From contig NC_068996.1 of NCBI RefSeq assembly GCF_001194135.2, forward strand, positions 27,720,115-27,775,576: DNA of 55,462 nucleotides, written 5' to 3'. The stretch is from Octopus bimaculoides (lineage: Eukaryota). Under the pieces are notes generated by a model that did no database searches, was not told the DNA's origin, and saw only the letters and a list, made by a program, of their open reading frames with translations. Within the stretch, counting starts at the first letter, position 1; each line of letters opens with the position of its first letter. This document shows positions 25,981 through 39,115 of this stretch, piece by piece. The translations under genes were made by a program, and so were the position numbers.

Positions 25981-26689
25981 TAATGAGCCAACACTGTATA
26001 TTAAGCTATCAGTTCCAAAATGGCCTAGTCAACTGTTGGTAGTTTTGAACTCAGAGCATAAGGCAGTAATTCTCAATTTTTTTCACTTGGTGGTGCACTA
26101 GACCTCAAATAAAAAAAGACTTTGTATAGAAAGTTAAAAATCACTGGTGCATTTTGTGTGGAAAATTAAATTGTTTACAGTTATTAATTTAGAAAAGAAA
26201 AATACAGAAAACTAGTTTACTTTGTTTTACCAGTCACATTTGTGTAGAACAAAAATGTTTTTCAAGATACTCAAGCAATTATGAATTTTCTAAAGCCTTA
26301 AATCCTATTAAAAAAAAGACCAAACAAACAAATCCAAGGCACATCTAAATATCCTTTGCAGTGTTTTACAACTACTGGCATAGCAGGATGGATGTAACTA
26401 AATACTGAAAGGAATTTAGTTTTCTGTGGTACTGTTTCCACTGCTTTCAATATTATTGTTTTAATGTCTTCTTTTTGGTGCTTGCTTGGGTCAGATGGAA
26501 TTTATTGGACATTTTCTACTGTTGGTTTTTCTTCCTGTTGCCAACCTTTATTTCCAACCAAGCTAGGCAATATTTTCCAATAGCAGACTTGTTTCTGCAG
26601 GATATGAGAAATGAATGGCCACACTGTGTATGATAGTGACACTCATTTGCAAGTATCACACAATGGCACACATATGTGCTCTCATCCAT

Positions 26690-26700
26690 ACACACACACA

Positions 26701-26751
<51 letters not shown>

Positions 26752-26885
26752 GCATTCCCTTCTGTTTACCAAATCCGCTCACAAGTCTTTGGTTAGCCTG
26801 GGACCAGAGAAGACGTCACTTTCCCAGGTGGGGCTGAGACTGAAAACGTGCAGTTGGAAAGCAAACTTCTTAATTACTATGACAT
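26690..26885 (-). mobile_element. SINE A, minus strand, with expanded internal (CA)n
   Basis: ttctgtttaccaaatccgctcacaag...gagactgaaaac...gcaaacttcttaattactatgacatacctgcacc. Confidence 0.7.
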
Positions 26886-29424
26886 ACCTGCACCTATCAT
26901 GTAAATAATTATTATAAACAACTGGAAAAGAGATTGGATGTCTAAGTTCTGTGAAAGACTTAACTTGCTAATTGCAAGAGTATTAGATTTGTTTAAATAT
27001 AAATCTTCTTGGTATGATCAATGTTTGCCTTCAGTTCAGAGTCATCACTTTTCAACTCTCCATCTACTTTCAGATGAAGAGCAAAGTCTGGTATTTTAGA
27101 TTTTACACTTATCATGGCAAAAGAACTTCTTGAAGTCTTATATTGATTAATTTGTTGTGAATGGAATGGAAACATTCACCATTTCCTTAGATTTCAGGTT
27201 TTACTCTATTCTTGATAATCGTTTCAAGAAAGCTTGATGCTTTGGTGATTTTTTTTTTTATTTTCATCTTGCAAATTTGTCTTGTTGGGTTATTATACAT
27301 GTGGCATTCCTCTCTTTTTAATCTTATATTCTCAACAGTAAACTGTGCTTTTTATTGTGGACATTTTTTTCATACTTTCATCAGTTTATTTGATAATCTG
27401 TGTTTTTCTCTCTCACAGAGAGAGAGAGTTTGAAAATATTTTTAAAAATATAAAAATGTGGCTGAAAGTTCCTCAGTTAAGTGCAGTGTGTTGCATATTT
27501 TTTGTACAATTGACTTAAGAAAATGACTAGGAACTTTGGTTTGGTTGCGAAGTATTTAGTGGGCGTATGAGCATGTTGAAAATGGGAGTTCTAAATATTA
27601 ACTACAAGCTGGTTAAAGATTCTACAAGAATATGGCAGACTTTTTAAGACGAATGATAGGATATTTCAGTCAAGTCTTACAGAGCTAGGCTTCACTGATA
27701 AAATGAAGATTAGCCAGAGTGTGAGTCACATTCTTATCTAAAATCGTTAAGCCCATGTTAACAGTTAAGTTATATTCACAGTATTAACTACCAAAGTATG
27801 TGTAAACTGCAATCTCTGCAGATTTGAAATAACTTCTGGATAATCATGTGATTTTTCAAAAAACTGTAGTTACTCATATTGTTTGTTTCTCCAAGCAACA
27901 TGCTGCTATGCTATTCAGAAATCGCACAGTCTGAATGTGCAGAACATTATATAAAATTGCATTTACACGAATTATTTCCAACTATACAGTTGTCTTTTTT
28001 TTTCTTTGCTGATATACCTAGTCAGTAGCTATAAACACTTAAATTAAGATGACATAAGGTATATAATATATATTGCAAATCCATTACTGACTATTACACA
28101 CTATGAAAATTAAAAAAAAATTTTTTAAATGGTACACTAAGAAGTGTGGATCAAATTGCTTGTGTGCTGGATTTATGGATTATATTGCTTCTCTCCAGAC
28201 ATGTAGAGTTAATTACATTCTGATGTAAATATCTAAATATGTAAAAACTGGCATTATTGGTTAACATAAAAATGATAAATTTTATTTTCTGGAGGACTTA
28301 GATGTGACACACCCACTTGGATATCTGCAATTAACATTTTGGTGGAACATTTCCATTTTAAAACTTCTTAATGTTCTTGCTAATTGCTAATCACAAGAAG
28401 CATTTTCTGTAACTGTGTGCCAACTCTGCATGCTCTTAAACAATGAGGATGGTGTGGTGTGTGTGTGTGTGTGGGTGGGTGGGTTGTTGTGTTTAATCAA
28501 AATTTAGCAGCACTGTAGTTTACAAGTTTTTTTTTCTCCTTCAATACATCTTCAAACTATGTATGAGAGACTTAAGACTATTCACTACAGGAACTTTGAC
28601 TTTTTGGTCCAAAGAACCAAATGCTACTTTGTCTCAGTTTTAATTGTCTGGAAAATAGCAGTCATTACTGAGAGATTAACATGTGATAGTCTTGTTCATG
28701 TAGTAGTAGTTTCTCTTATTCAATTTAATGTTACTAATATCAGACTAAAGTGCCAATGCCATTAACACCCACACACCCACAGGTTTTGTGAAATGGAACC
28801 ATTGTGGACTACAGAGCTATTTGTGAAAAAGAAGTTTTCTTTTTCTTTAAGTTTCTTAAACTAATTATTTTGCAGTACTATCATTCTGGTGGGTGGAGTG
28901 GGAGGAAGAACTACTTCTGTTTTAACTAGTTTGAGTGTTTTTTTTGTTTCTTATTTTGTTAAGTATGTCAGAAATTAATGAAGCTTGGACTTTTTTTTGT
29001 AATCATTAATAACTAAGCTATTTGGATATTGAAGTATGTATCCTAGCCCTAAACAAGATGATCTTTGGGTGACAGAAAAAAACAAAAACAAAATCAAATT
29101 TATATGAAAGGTAAAAATTACAATGAAAGTACTTTCACAGACGGTCATGCCAACACAGTCTCTTTCAGATATTAGCAACTTTAACTGTACAAAGTACATT
29201 TAAATACAGACCATATGTTTAGGGGAAAATCATTTTCATTCATTTACATTTTTCAAAGTAATTTGGCAAATACTTCTTAAGCTTTATATATTTTTTTTTA
29301 TTCATACTCACAATGCAGGGACATATTTAGAGATCCACAGATGACCAGCTGCAGTGGGTTGTTAGTGCAAATCCTTTTACTAGTATTGCTTATGCTGTGT
29401 AAATATGTATAAATTTAGGTTACT

Positions 29425-29640
29425 ATTGTTGTTTAGCTCCTGCTCTGGTTCTGTAAGCTTAAGGTCAAAGGCATTCCAGCTATGATAACCCTCTTTGTTG
29501 TTTTATTCTTTTTTTAACATAGAGTAAATTTAAGATTTGATTTTTCAGTGTGTTCTTTTCTTAAAGATGGTAGGGTGTGATCTGGAGTTTGGTTGCTATT
29601 TCTAGCAAGTTGAATAGGTGCATAGAAGTTCCCTTTACAA
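29425..29640 (-). mobile_element. Family C copy
   Basis: gttgtttagctcc...aaggcattccagctatga...aagatggtagggtgtgat...ttggttgctatttctagc. Confidence 0.65.
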
Positions 29641-30100
29641 CTCCTTGTATGACTGGCAGATGTTTCTTGTGATTTCAGAGTTTTTGAATATAGGTAAGGT
29701 TCTGCTTGGAGAGAGCTAGATGTTACTCATCTTGGTGGACCCTACCCTAGATACCCTATGTGGAGTTCATCTGTTGTGATGGAACCCATCTTAAATAGTT
29801 ACATGTATGTATGTGCCTGTAGAACATAGATGTACATATATTAGGTCATATAGAACTCACATATACAGTTCATAAGTATAGATATAGGATCTGTATACAT
29901 ACATAAGATGTGCTCCCATTTTAAAACCTCCTTTAACAAAAACAGATTATGAACCTCATTTTATGGTACTGTGGTTACCACTGGAGGAGATAGTTCTATT
30001 TAGTAAACGAAGCGAAAAGCTTGTAATATATTGCTTGGATTAGTTTACTTATTAATTCTTCAATGGGTCTCTCCTCTGTTTCATCACTAGATGCTGTACG

Positions 30101-30133
<33 letters not shown>

Positions 30134-30465
30134 GCTGAGACAAACTACCCTTCTGTTGCACATTTTTAACTGTCTATTATTTTGGGTGGGAGAAGGAATT
30201 GAATTTGGCATTTGATTTATAACCCCATCATATTACATGGTGTACAGAATATTTGGAGTTAGAATAAAGGTTAGCATGCTGAATTTTAACTATGGAAATA
30301 CCTGAAACTGTGTATGTGTGTATATAAAATTTAAATTCAAATATCAACTGTTTCTTGATGGGAGTGGTCTTACATATATGTGTTTATGAATGTGTGTGGA
30401 CATATACATACTATTTTTTCCACCTTGTTGCACATTTCATGTGCTTACTCCAGTATATATATATA

Positions 30466-30625
30466 GGCACAGGAGTGGCTGTGTGGTAAGAAGCTTGCTT
30501 CCCAACCACATAGTTCCGGGTTCAGTACAACTGCATGGCACCTTGGGCAAGTGTCTTCTACTATAGCCTTGGGCTAACCAAAGCCTTGTGAGTGGATTTG
30601 ATAGACAGAAACTGAAAGAAGCCCA

Positions 30626-30668
<43 letters not shown>

Positions 30669-30831
30669 CCCACCCCAATCACTTGACACCAATGTTGGTG
30701 TTTGCGTCCCGAGACCAATAGAATAAGTACTAGACTTACAAAGAATGTCCTGGGGGTTGATTTGATCAGCTAAAGGTGGTGCTCCAGCATGGCTGCAGTC
30801 AAATGAATGAAACAAGTAAAGGAATAAAAGA
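30466..30831 (+). mobile_element. Full-length SINE A (tail type 1) within a (TA)n tract
   Basis: A-box-like gtggctgtgtggt at 30476, B-box-like ggttcagtac at 30519, internal (TG)n, tail ...tgaaacaagtaaaggaataaaagaa; flanked by tatatata on both sides. Confidence 0.9.
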
Positions 30832-31799
30832 ATATATATATATAATCTCATAATTTAACATCCACTTTCCATACTGGCAGGAGTTAATGAATACAAATAT
30901 ACTGTTTGAAACAGATGAAGTTGTACAGGTCTGTATTATTCTAGAAAATAATTCAAGCCAGAAAAATGGAAAACAGTTTACTGAAGACCTAATTACAGCC
31001 TTAGCTATGAAACTGAAAATATGTTCAAATTGTTGCAAAAATAATTTTAAAGTCACTATGAAAAATTGAAAACTGTAAATTGCATTTCAAAGAAAAAAAA
31101 TATATTTAATCTACAGAGAATTTATTAATAAAGAACAAAAAACAAATGATTTTGCATTGTTAAAACCTAAATTTTAATCTTATTTTATGATCAGCTTATC
31201 TATAAATTAGTGAGATAGATTTGTCATGATATTTCAGCTTTGTAGTAATTTGAAGGCAGAAAGAGTTATAGAAACCTGCTTAGTTAACTACAAAGTGTAT
31301 AATAATCTAATCATTATATAATTTTTGATAATTTTAAAATAATTTGAGAATACATGAATTTCAGTTGCCAGGTGAAAATGTTTTTGTGTTGGGGTTTATG
31401 CACATAACAAAGTGGCCAATAAACATTGTTGGTAAAGTGTAGATGTGAGATTTAATCCATGCTCTGGCAATATATTCAACTGGATAACAGTAAATTTTAT
31501 TCATGATTTATTCAAATATCTGGATAAAACTATGGTATAGATTTAATAACATTGTTACTGACATGCACAAACATTTTTGTTTTATACAAAAACATGGAAG
31601 TGCTCAATATATGTTGAGCAAGTGTCCTCTAATATAGCTTCAAGTTGACTAGTGCCTGTGAGTGCTTCAGTATCATTATGAGGGTAGATTTAGACAGACT
31701 TATAGAGATTTATATTAAACTGAACAAGTTTAATGCCCAATAAAGATTTCACATATGCATCTGGCTAACGTTTTTGTCTTGGATCTCAGAATGGCTCCA

Positions 31800-31980
31800 A
31801 TTGAATAAACCAATGACAAAGGTGCCTGGTGTCCCCTACCCCCCCCACCCCAGACATTATCTCTGGGTCTAAATTACCCAATGTGTACTATGCTTATAAT
31901 GTGGTAGGGTGTCATGCAAGGGAGATTTGGCTGCTATTTATAGCAGGTTTGAGCAACCACATAGAAACTGTCTTAACTCA
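31800..31980 (-). mobile_element. Family C copy
   Basis: gtggtagggtgtcatgcaagggagatttggctgctatttatagcagg. Confidence 0.6.
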
Positions 31981-32944
31981 TCACGGGTGACTTGGTTTTG
32001 AAATTTGAAAACTTTTATTTGTAGTTTAGAGTTCAAACTTTTCCAAAGAAGTTTTGAGTTATTCATTTCTCCCACTTTAATGGAACTTGAACAAATGGAT
32101 CATGGAATACTGGAGTTCCTATTTTAAATGAATGATGAAGGAGTGTAGTTTAATTACCAATATTTGGCTTCTGACTGTGAATTCTGCATTTTACATGTTC
32201 CTTTATCTATGAAAGTTAGTGATTAGTGTAATAGGTCAGGTCCACTTTCAGTACCTAATTCATAACTACTGCAGTATTCTGTTCCAGTCATTTCACATTG
32301 CAGTGAGAACTATTATTTCAAGCAAGTCACTGACATAATAGAACTAAGGAATCTTAATTGGTCACAAAATTTATGTGAATAGAAGTGATTCTATCTTAAT
32401 TTGTCATTCATCAATATATACAAACTAAAGTAAAATAATGGATTTGGTGCAGATGGCAGAGTACTATGGACAAACTTTACCACATGCAAAATATAATGGT
32501 CTTCACTCCCTTTTGCAGTATCAAGTTATATCTTATGCCTGCTTGATTTTATCTTCTTCAGACAACACAACTCAATCTTTTTTTCTCAGGATTGCAACCC
32601 CTTGGAACCTCTCCCATGATTTTGGTTTTTCTTACAGGCAATGGTCTGTAGAGGTTCAAGGTAAACATTAATTATATTGATTCCACAAATATGCTTTGGA
32701 CACCACACCTGTTCATGAAACTAAATAATAATAATAATAATAATGATGACAATTATAATGATGATGGTGAAGCTATGTTTTGGAAGTGAAGAATTCACTG
32801 TGTTGGCCTAAATCTTGACTAGAACTTATTTTCATTTCCAAAGGATGAAAAGTTGTCAATTTCAGCAAGATTCTAACTAAAAATGTAAAAGGGATGCAGG
32901 GCATATGAACTGATGATTTACTATTGCTAATCCACTGATCTTGA

Positions 32945-33330
32945 TATAACAAGTCCTTTCTACTATAGGCACAAGGCCTGAAATTTGATGGCAGGGGGCT
33001 AGTTGATTACATTGACCCACAGTGCTCAACTGGTACTTGTTCAATTGACCTTGAAAGAATGAAAGGCAAAGTTGACCTCTGTGGAATTGGAACTTAGAAC
33101 ATAAAAATGGATGAAATGTTACTAAGCATTTTGCCCAGCATGCTAACGATTCTGCCAGCTCACAATTTTGAGGGGAAGGGGGTTAGTCAGTACTATTGAT
33201 CACAGTACTTGAGTGACACTGAATCCAGTGTGATGAGGGCTAAGTTGACCTCAGTGGGAATTGAACTCAGAATGTTAATTGAAGCAAATACTGCAAAGCA
33301 TTTTTTTCCAACATTGTAACTAATCTGCCA
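32945..33330 (-). mobile_element. Two adjacent SINE B copies
   Basis: ...gaatgaaaggcaaagttgacctc...gctaacgattctgccagctcac (reverse complement of the 4002 head); a second partial copy follows. Confidence 0.75.
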
Positions 33331-33439
33331 AACCAATAATAAAAATTGTCATTTTTAAAAATAGTGCATAGTCACATTTTTGACACCTCATTCACCTAAT
33401 AAACAAAAATACCAACAGCAAATTTGGGAGTTTCTGTTG

Positions 33440-33625
33440 TTACTCACCCTGCTAAAAATGGCAAAAACTTTCAACATTACACTGTCGTAATTGAGGAAAG
33501 AACATAATAGATGATGCAATCGTGTCCCCCCCCCCCATAAATACTTGCAATGGTTACTGTTGGAATATCTTTGATCATAGTCTGCTGCTTGAATAAGGCT
33601 GACCAGGGACTGAGCAACAAAAGAT
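33440..33625 (+). mobile_element. Family C 3' part
   Basis: tggttactgttggaatatctttgatcatag...gctgaccagggactgagcaacaa. Confidence 0.5.
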
Positions 33626-33634
33626 GCTCTTGCC

Positions 33635-33990
33635 TGCAGGTGTGGCTTTGTGGTAAGAAGTTTGCTTCCTAACTACATGGCCCTGGGTTCAGTCTCACTG
33701 CGTGGAACATTGGCCAAGTCTCTTCTACTATTGCTTTGGGTGACCAAAGTCTTGTGAGTAGATTTGGTAGACAGAAACTGATAGAAGCCTGTCGTGGTGT
33801 GTGTGTGTGCCTGTTTGTCCCCCAACACCACCATCACTTGACAACTGGTATTGGTGTGTTTATGACCTTTAAACAGTTTGGAAAATGAGACTGATAGAAT
33901 TAACAAAAGTATTGGGGTTGATTTATCCAACTAAAATCCTTCAAGGTGGTGCCCCAAGATGGCTGCAGTAAAATGACTTAAATAAAAGGT
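33635..33990 (+). mobile_element. SINE A, tail type 1
   Basis: gcaggtgtggctttgtggtaagaagtttgcttcc...gccccaagatggctgcagtaaaatgact. Confidence 0.85.
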
Positions 33991-35408
33991 AAATGAATTT
34001 CTCCTTTAAGGGTGCCAGAGAGAATAGATTGGTTGCCATAACTTAATTGCTAGACTAAATGTTTGAATGCAGACATTGTTCATGTTACGGAGATGATGTG
34101 GAATGTTTGTGGTAACATGGAATTCCGTAAAATGAAACTGAATTTCATTTGACTGACATGTTACTTGTATATTATTGGGGAAAATTTGACATTTCATGTT
34201 GAAGCAAACTTTTCCACATCTGTACCATCAGATGTCTGTGTTTAGTTTTGTCGTTATTCAAGACACTTTATACTTATCTTTCATCCCTCCTGGTAAGATA
34301 AAATAAGTACCTGCAATGTACACTCACCTTCCATATACAAAATGATCTTTCTATTCAAAAGAAAGGAATATTCTTCATTGTTTCAATATTGAACTTAAGG
34401 TAATATATTTTTTTTGTTCCTTATTGATTTTTATTGTATTTCCTCCATTCCAACTATTTATTTAGATTAATATTTGGCAGCAGGAAATATATTAAATTCT
34501 GTTGGTTTTGTTTGATATTATGAAACAACAAATTCTGACACGATAAGGTTTGACATTAAATATATTGCAAAATTTAATTTCATTCCAGTTTTGTGTTCAA
34601 CTTTACTTTTTATTTTTCTTATCTCAATAGAATTAAAAAACAAAATACTAGGCATATATTGAGATTGATTTTTTTTCAAATTTTTGACATGTGCCCATGT
34701 AAAAACCATTATGACCATCACACCTGTTTTGAAATACTATGTAGCTTTTTAAAATTTAATTATATGAATTTTTGGATCAATTATTTTGTACATATCAACA
34801 CAACTCATTTTGTAAATTATGTAGATCCAGCAAATATTTAAGCTCAGACTATTTTGCTGTGTTTGTAAAAGAACTGGAATTATGTCATTTCATGTTTCTT
34901 AGGGTTTCATGTTTCTTTCGGTTTCTAAAGAATTTCTAGGATCTAAATCTTATTCTAGAGAGAAATGATATATTATTTCATATTTATGATATTTAGACGC
35001 ATACTTCTGAACACAGCCAGATATTTGTTATAATGCTTCTTATCATTGATAGTAACACTCCTTTGGGTGTGCTGTAAGGTCATAAAGGCGTATCAGATAT
35101 CATGTTGGTGCTGATGGATTTTGTTCTGTATTTAAAAGGGTCATAATTTTCCTTAAAATATTCAAATTGGATACAATAATTATATTTGAAACACATTAAA
35201 AAAAAAAGTACTTGAGATACAATAAGAGTTGGATGTTACCAGTGAGCAAAAATGTAAGCAATATCTGAAGCAAGGTCCAATATCTCGTTACATTCATTCT
35301 TGATACCTTTTTGTGATTTCAACAAATTTTTACAAAGCAACAGTAGTCTACGAAAATATCTGTATAGGATGATATAAGAATGTGATAAACCTCTGCACAA
35401 AATTAGCT

Positions 35409-37441
35409 TTGGACGTCATGCAAGTGGCTTCCATGGCATTCATGGAGGCTATGGCTTCGGGTCATGTTGGACATCATGCAGGTGGCTTCCATGGCATTCA
35501 TGGAGGCTATGGTTTCAGTTCCCGCAATGAGGGAACCAGACTGCTGGAGTTCTGTGATGCAAACGATCTTATGGTTTGCAATACCAACTTCAGGAAACCT
35601 GCCAGTCACCTAGTCACCTACCGTTCCGGCAGACACTCTAGCCAAATTGACTACATCCTTGCCAGAAATAGAGAAAGAGGGCGGCTTATAAATGCCAAAA
35701 CCTTCCCTTGCAAAGAATGTACCCCTCAACACAGATAAGTAGTTAGCGACTTCGGGATCAAGGCAAAAAGGATGCCCAGAAGTAGACCGGCTTGGAGGAG
35801 AAGGATTTGGAAGCTTAAAGATCCTGCAAATGGTCAGAGATTTAGAGACATACTACTTGAAGCATTTGACGAAATAGAAGGGGATAAGGCATAACACAAC
35901 GTGGAAGACAACTGGAGGTTTCTATGGGACAACCTGCTGAGAGCCACCAACCAGATCTGTGGCTGGCGTAAAGTCCCCTCTCGACCCAAAGTAACTTGGT
36001 GGTTGAACAATGTGGTTGACAGGGCTATTAGACAAAAGAAACAGGCTTGGAAGGACTGGAAGAATGGAGGTAGCAGGGAATTGTATCAGACTGCCAGAAG
36101 GGAAGCTAGGCGATAGGTTTATTTAGCCAGAGGGGAAGCAGATAAGAAAAAGTTTGCCAATGTTCTGCACCGTGAGGACCAAAGACTTGAAGTATTTCGT
36201 GTTGCAAGACAGTGTGTGAGAGAGAATCGTGATGTGGTGGGAGAGAAATGTGTTTGTATGGATGATGGTACGCTTGCTCTATTGGCTACTGTATTTTGAT
36301 AATTTTAGTTGTTTTAACATTTGATATCATGTGTAATGATAATAGACCAGATTTAAGTTGGATTGTATTTTCTAGTAAGATAAAAAATATTACTCACAAA
36401 TAATCACAAATTATTCAGTCAGTAATGTCAGTGTGCATACTCGACAGAGTGTGAGTACCTTGAGAGAAAAGTTAGACCTAAGAAGCATCAGTTGTGGTGT
36501 GCAAGAGAGACGATTGTGCTGGTATGGACATGTGGTGAGAATGGATGAGGATAGCTGTGTGAAAAAGTGCCACACCCTAGCAGTTGAGGGAACCTGTGGA
36601 AGAGGCAGGCCCAGGAAGACCTGGGATGAGATGGTGAAGCACAACCTCTGAACATTAGGCCTCACCAAGGTAATGACTTCTGACCAGGACCTTTGGAAAT
36701 ATGCTGTGCGTGAGAAGACCCGGCAAGCCAAGTGAGAGCATAATCTGTGCCCTCTGCCAGAAGTGTAGCCAGCTCACTTATTCGTATCTTTACTTCATTG
36801 GACTCTAAACTCTGCTTGCAAAGACCTGTTGAGGCAAGTGAATTTGGAATCGAAATCAAACCAAATTCGACGACTGGCACTCATACTAACCTCTCCTTCA
36901 TTGGACATTAAACTCTGCTTGCGAGGAGCTGTTGGGGCAAGCGAAATCGAAATCGTAATTGAACCATATTCGATGATTGGCACTTGTGCCAGTGGAGCAC
37001 TAACAGCACTGTCTGAGCGTGACCATTGCCAGAGCAGCTGTCTGGCTTCTGTGCTAGTGGCCCATAAATAGCACCATTTGAGCGTGATTGTTACCAGTGT
37101 TGCCTTACTGGCACTTGTGCTGGTGGCACGTTAGGAAATCATTCGAGTGAGGTCATTGCCAGTGCCACTGGACTGGCCCCTGTGCAGGTGGCACGTAAAA
37201 AACACCATTTTGAGCATGGTCGTTGTCAGTACCGCCTGACTGGCCTTCATGCCGGTGGCACGTAAAAGCATCCACTACACTCTCGGAGTGGTTGGCATTA
37301 GGAAGGGCATCCAGATGTAAAAACTCTGCCAAATCAGATTGGAGCCTGGTGCAGCCTTCTGGTTCACCAGTCCTCAGTCAAATTATCCAACCCATGCTAG
37401 CATGGAAAGTGGATGTTAAACGATGATGATGATGATGATGA
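35409..37441 (+). mobile_element. RTE-clade LINE: APE endonuclease C-half plus linker (to 36282), RT absent, C-terminus (36424-36734), 3' UTR, (GAT)n tail
   Basis: GGYGFSSRNEGTRLLEFC...NTNFRK...QIDYIL endonuclease motifs and the RRLCWYGHVVRM...GRGRPRKTW C-terminal RTE motif. Several in-frame stops are present. Confidence 0.9.
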
Positions 37442-38253
37442 TTCTGCCTCATGTCCTTGATAACATTATTAAATCAGTAAGTTATAGAAATACATTCTCT
37501 TATGATATGATATCTGATATCACCACATTATAGCTGTAACACTCATGAAAGGAAAAGAATGGACATTACATTTTATTTTATCTTTCCTAATGCTGCTTCT
37601 GTCTACATAAAACATATACAAAGGAATCATCTTTAGTTTCTTTTTGCTCGTGTAGCTAGGCAAGCTTTAAATCAGATCTGATAATTCAGTTTGTAGTTAG
37701 TCAAGAGTGTTGGTTTACTGACTGCATGTTCACAAGTTTAATTCTTACTTAATCAGGTATTGCATTTTGTTTCTAGTCATCATTCTTTCAGCCTCTTTTG
37801 TTTTAATAACAATCAGAAAAGTGATTAATAGTAAGAATGATGGACATGGTAGGAGAAACTGCCCAATGATACTACACTCCTGTAGTGCTTCTATGGGAAC
37901 AAAACAAAAACAACAAAAATATAGGAGAGATAGTTAATTGAACCAATCCCATTACATGTGAAGCATTTGTTCTTGTCTTGCATAAATGCAAGTTGGCTTT
38001 GGTGGGGATTTGTGTCAGTGAGGATTTTAAGTTGCAAATTATAAAAGTGCTTCATATAAACGCACACTTTCATTTGAAGTGTGTATATAGTCTCCTTTTT
38101 CTCTTTTTCGCTCATTATTAAATTTCTGATTATTTGTTTTTAGAATTTTGTCTGATGTTTACCATTCTCCTTTTCTTTTGCTAGTAAAGTCTGAGAAAAT
38201 TTAGAGAATTACCCAACTCCAATTCTGCATAATTTAAAATATATCTTCAAATT

Positions 38254-38313
38254 TTTCAAGGCTTCTTTTTATAAGTTATAAACATAGACACCAGACTCTG
38301 AGTGTGTGTATAT

Positions 38314-38351
<38 letters not shown>

Positions 38352-38359
38352 ATATACTA

Positions 38360-38419
<60 letters not shown>

Positions 38420-38505
38420 AACATAGTATATACGTCTGTGTGTATACATATACACACACTCAGTCTAGTATCTATGTTTATAACTTATAAAAATAAGCCT
38501 TGAAA
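38254..38505. repeat. ~250-bp imperfect palindrome centred on (TA)n
   Basis: Left arm tttcaaggcttctttttataagttataaacatagac...; right arm ...tctatgtttataacttataaaaataagccttgaaa is its reverse complement. Confidence 0.95.
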
Positions 38506-39115
38506 GATGTGTGTGTGTGTGTGTGTATGGTATTTTGATAAAATCTGAATAAAAAGAGACCTTATTGAATGCCTTTCAAAGTTCCTTTGTGGGTATTGAC
38601 TACTAAATGCTTTCATACAGTGGGACTTCTGTTCTGCTTTATTACATGTAGAGTAAAAAGCCTTTTACTCTACTCAACTGCAGAGATGCATGTCACTATT
38701 ACTGAGTGATATTATTTAATGCAATATTATTTATTACATTATATAATATATGTAACATTCAATAATGAACTGCTGGATGATGTGTTGAAATAATTTTAGT
38801 GATATGTAATATAGCATGTTCAATATCTATATCTATAATGATTATTATTAAAAACAATTACTCCAACAGTACTAGTCACTTCCTTAGATGTAGAGATCAG
38901 TATAAAGAGGAACAGACAAATGAGCAGAAAATCTCACTAAAAAGATATAGTAGGGTATGTGAAGTGGTACTGATGGTTAAGCACAGTTGGAAGAGTTGTG
39001 GTGCTGGTAGCAGAAGAAATAATAAAAACGCTGGTGATGATCATGTGGTTTGTTCATTTCTCTACTTTATCTGGTAGTTATATCCACCTACCATTTACTG
39101 GTTATATATGTTTCT

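Noticed and set aside
29996-30211. Minus-strand ORF ending ERTASSDETEERPIEELISKLIQAIYYKLFASFTK
   Set aside because: Protein-like by eye, but short, runs through a (TG)n tract, has no recognisable family and no supporting splice sites.
30476-30540. tRNA gene
   Set aside because: A/B-box-like motifs only, no cloverleaf, and the sequence continues into a multi-copy SINE body.
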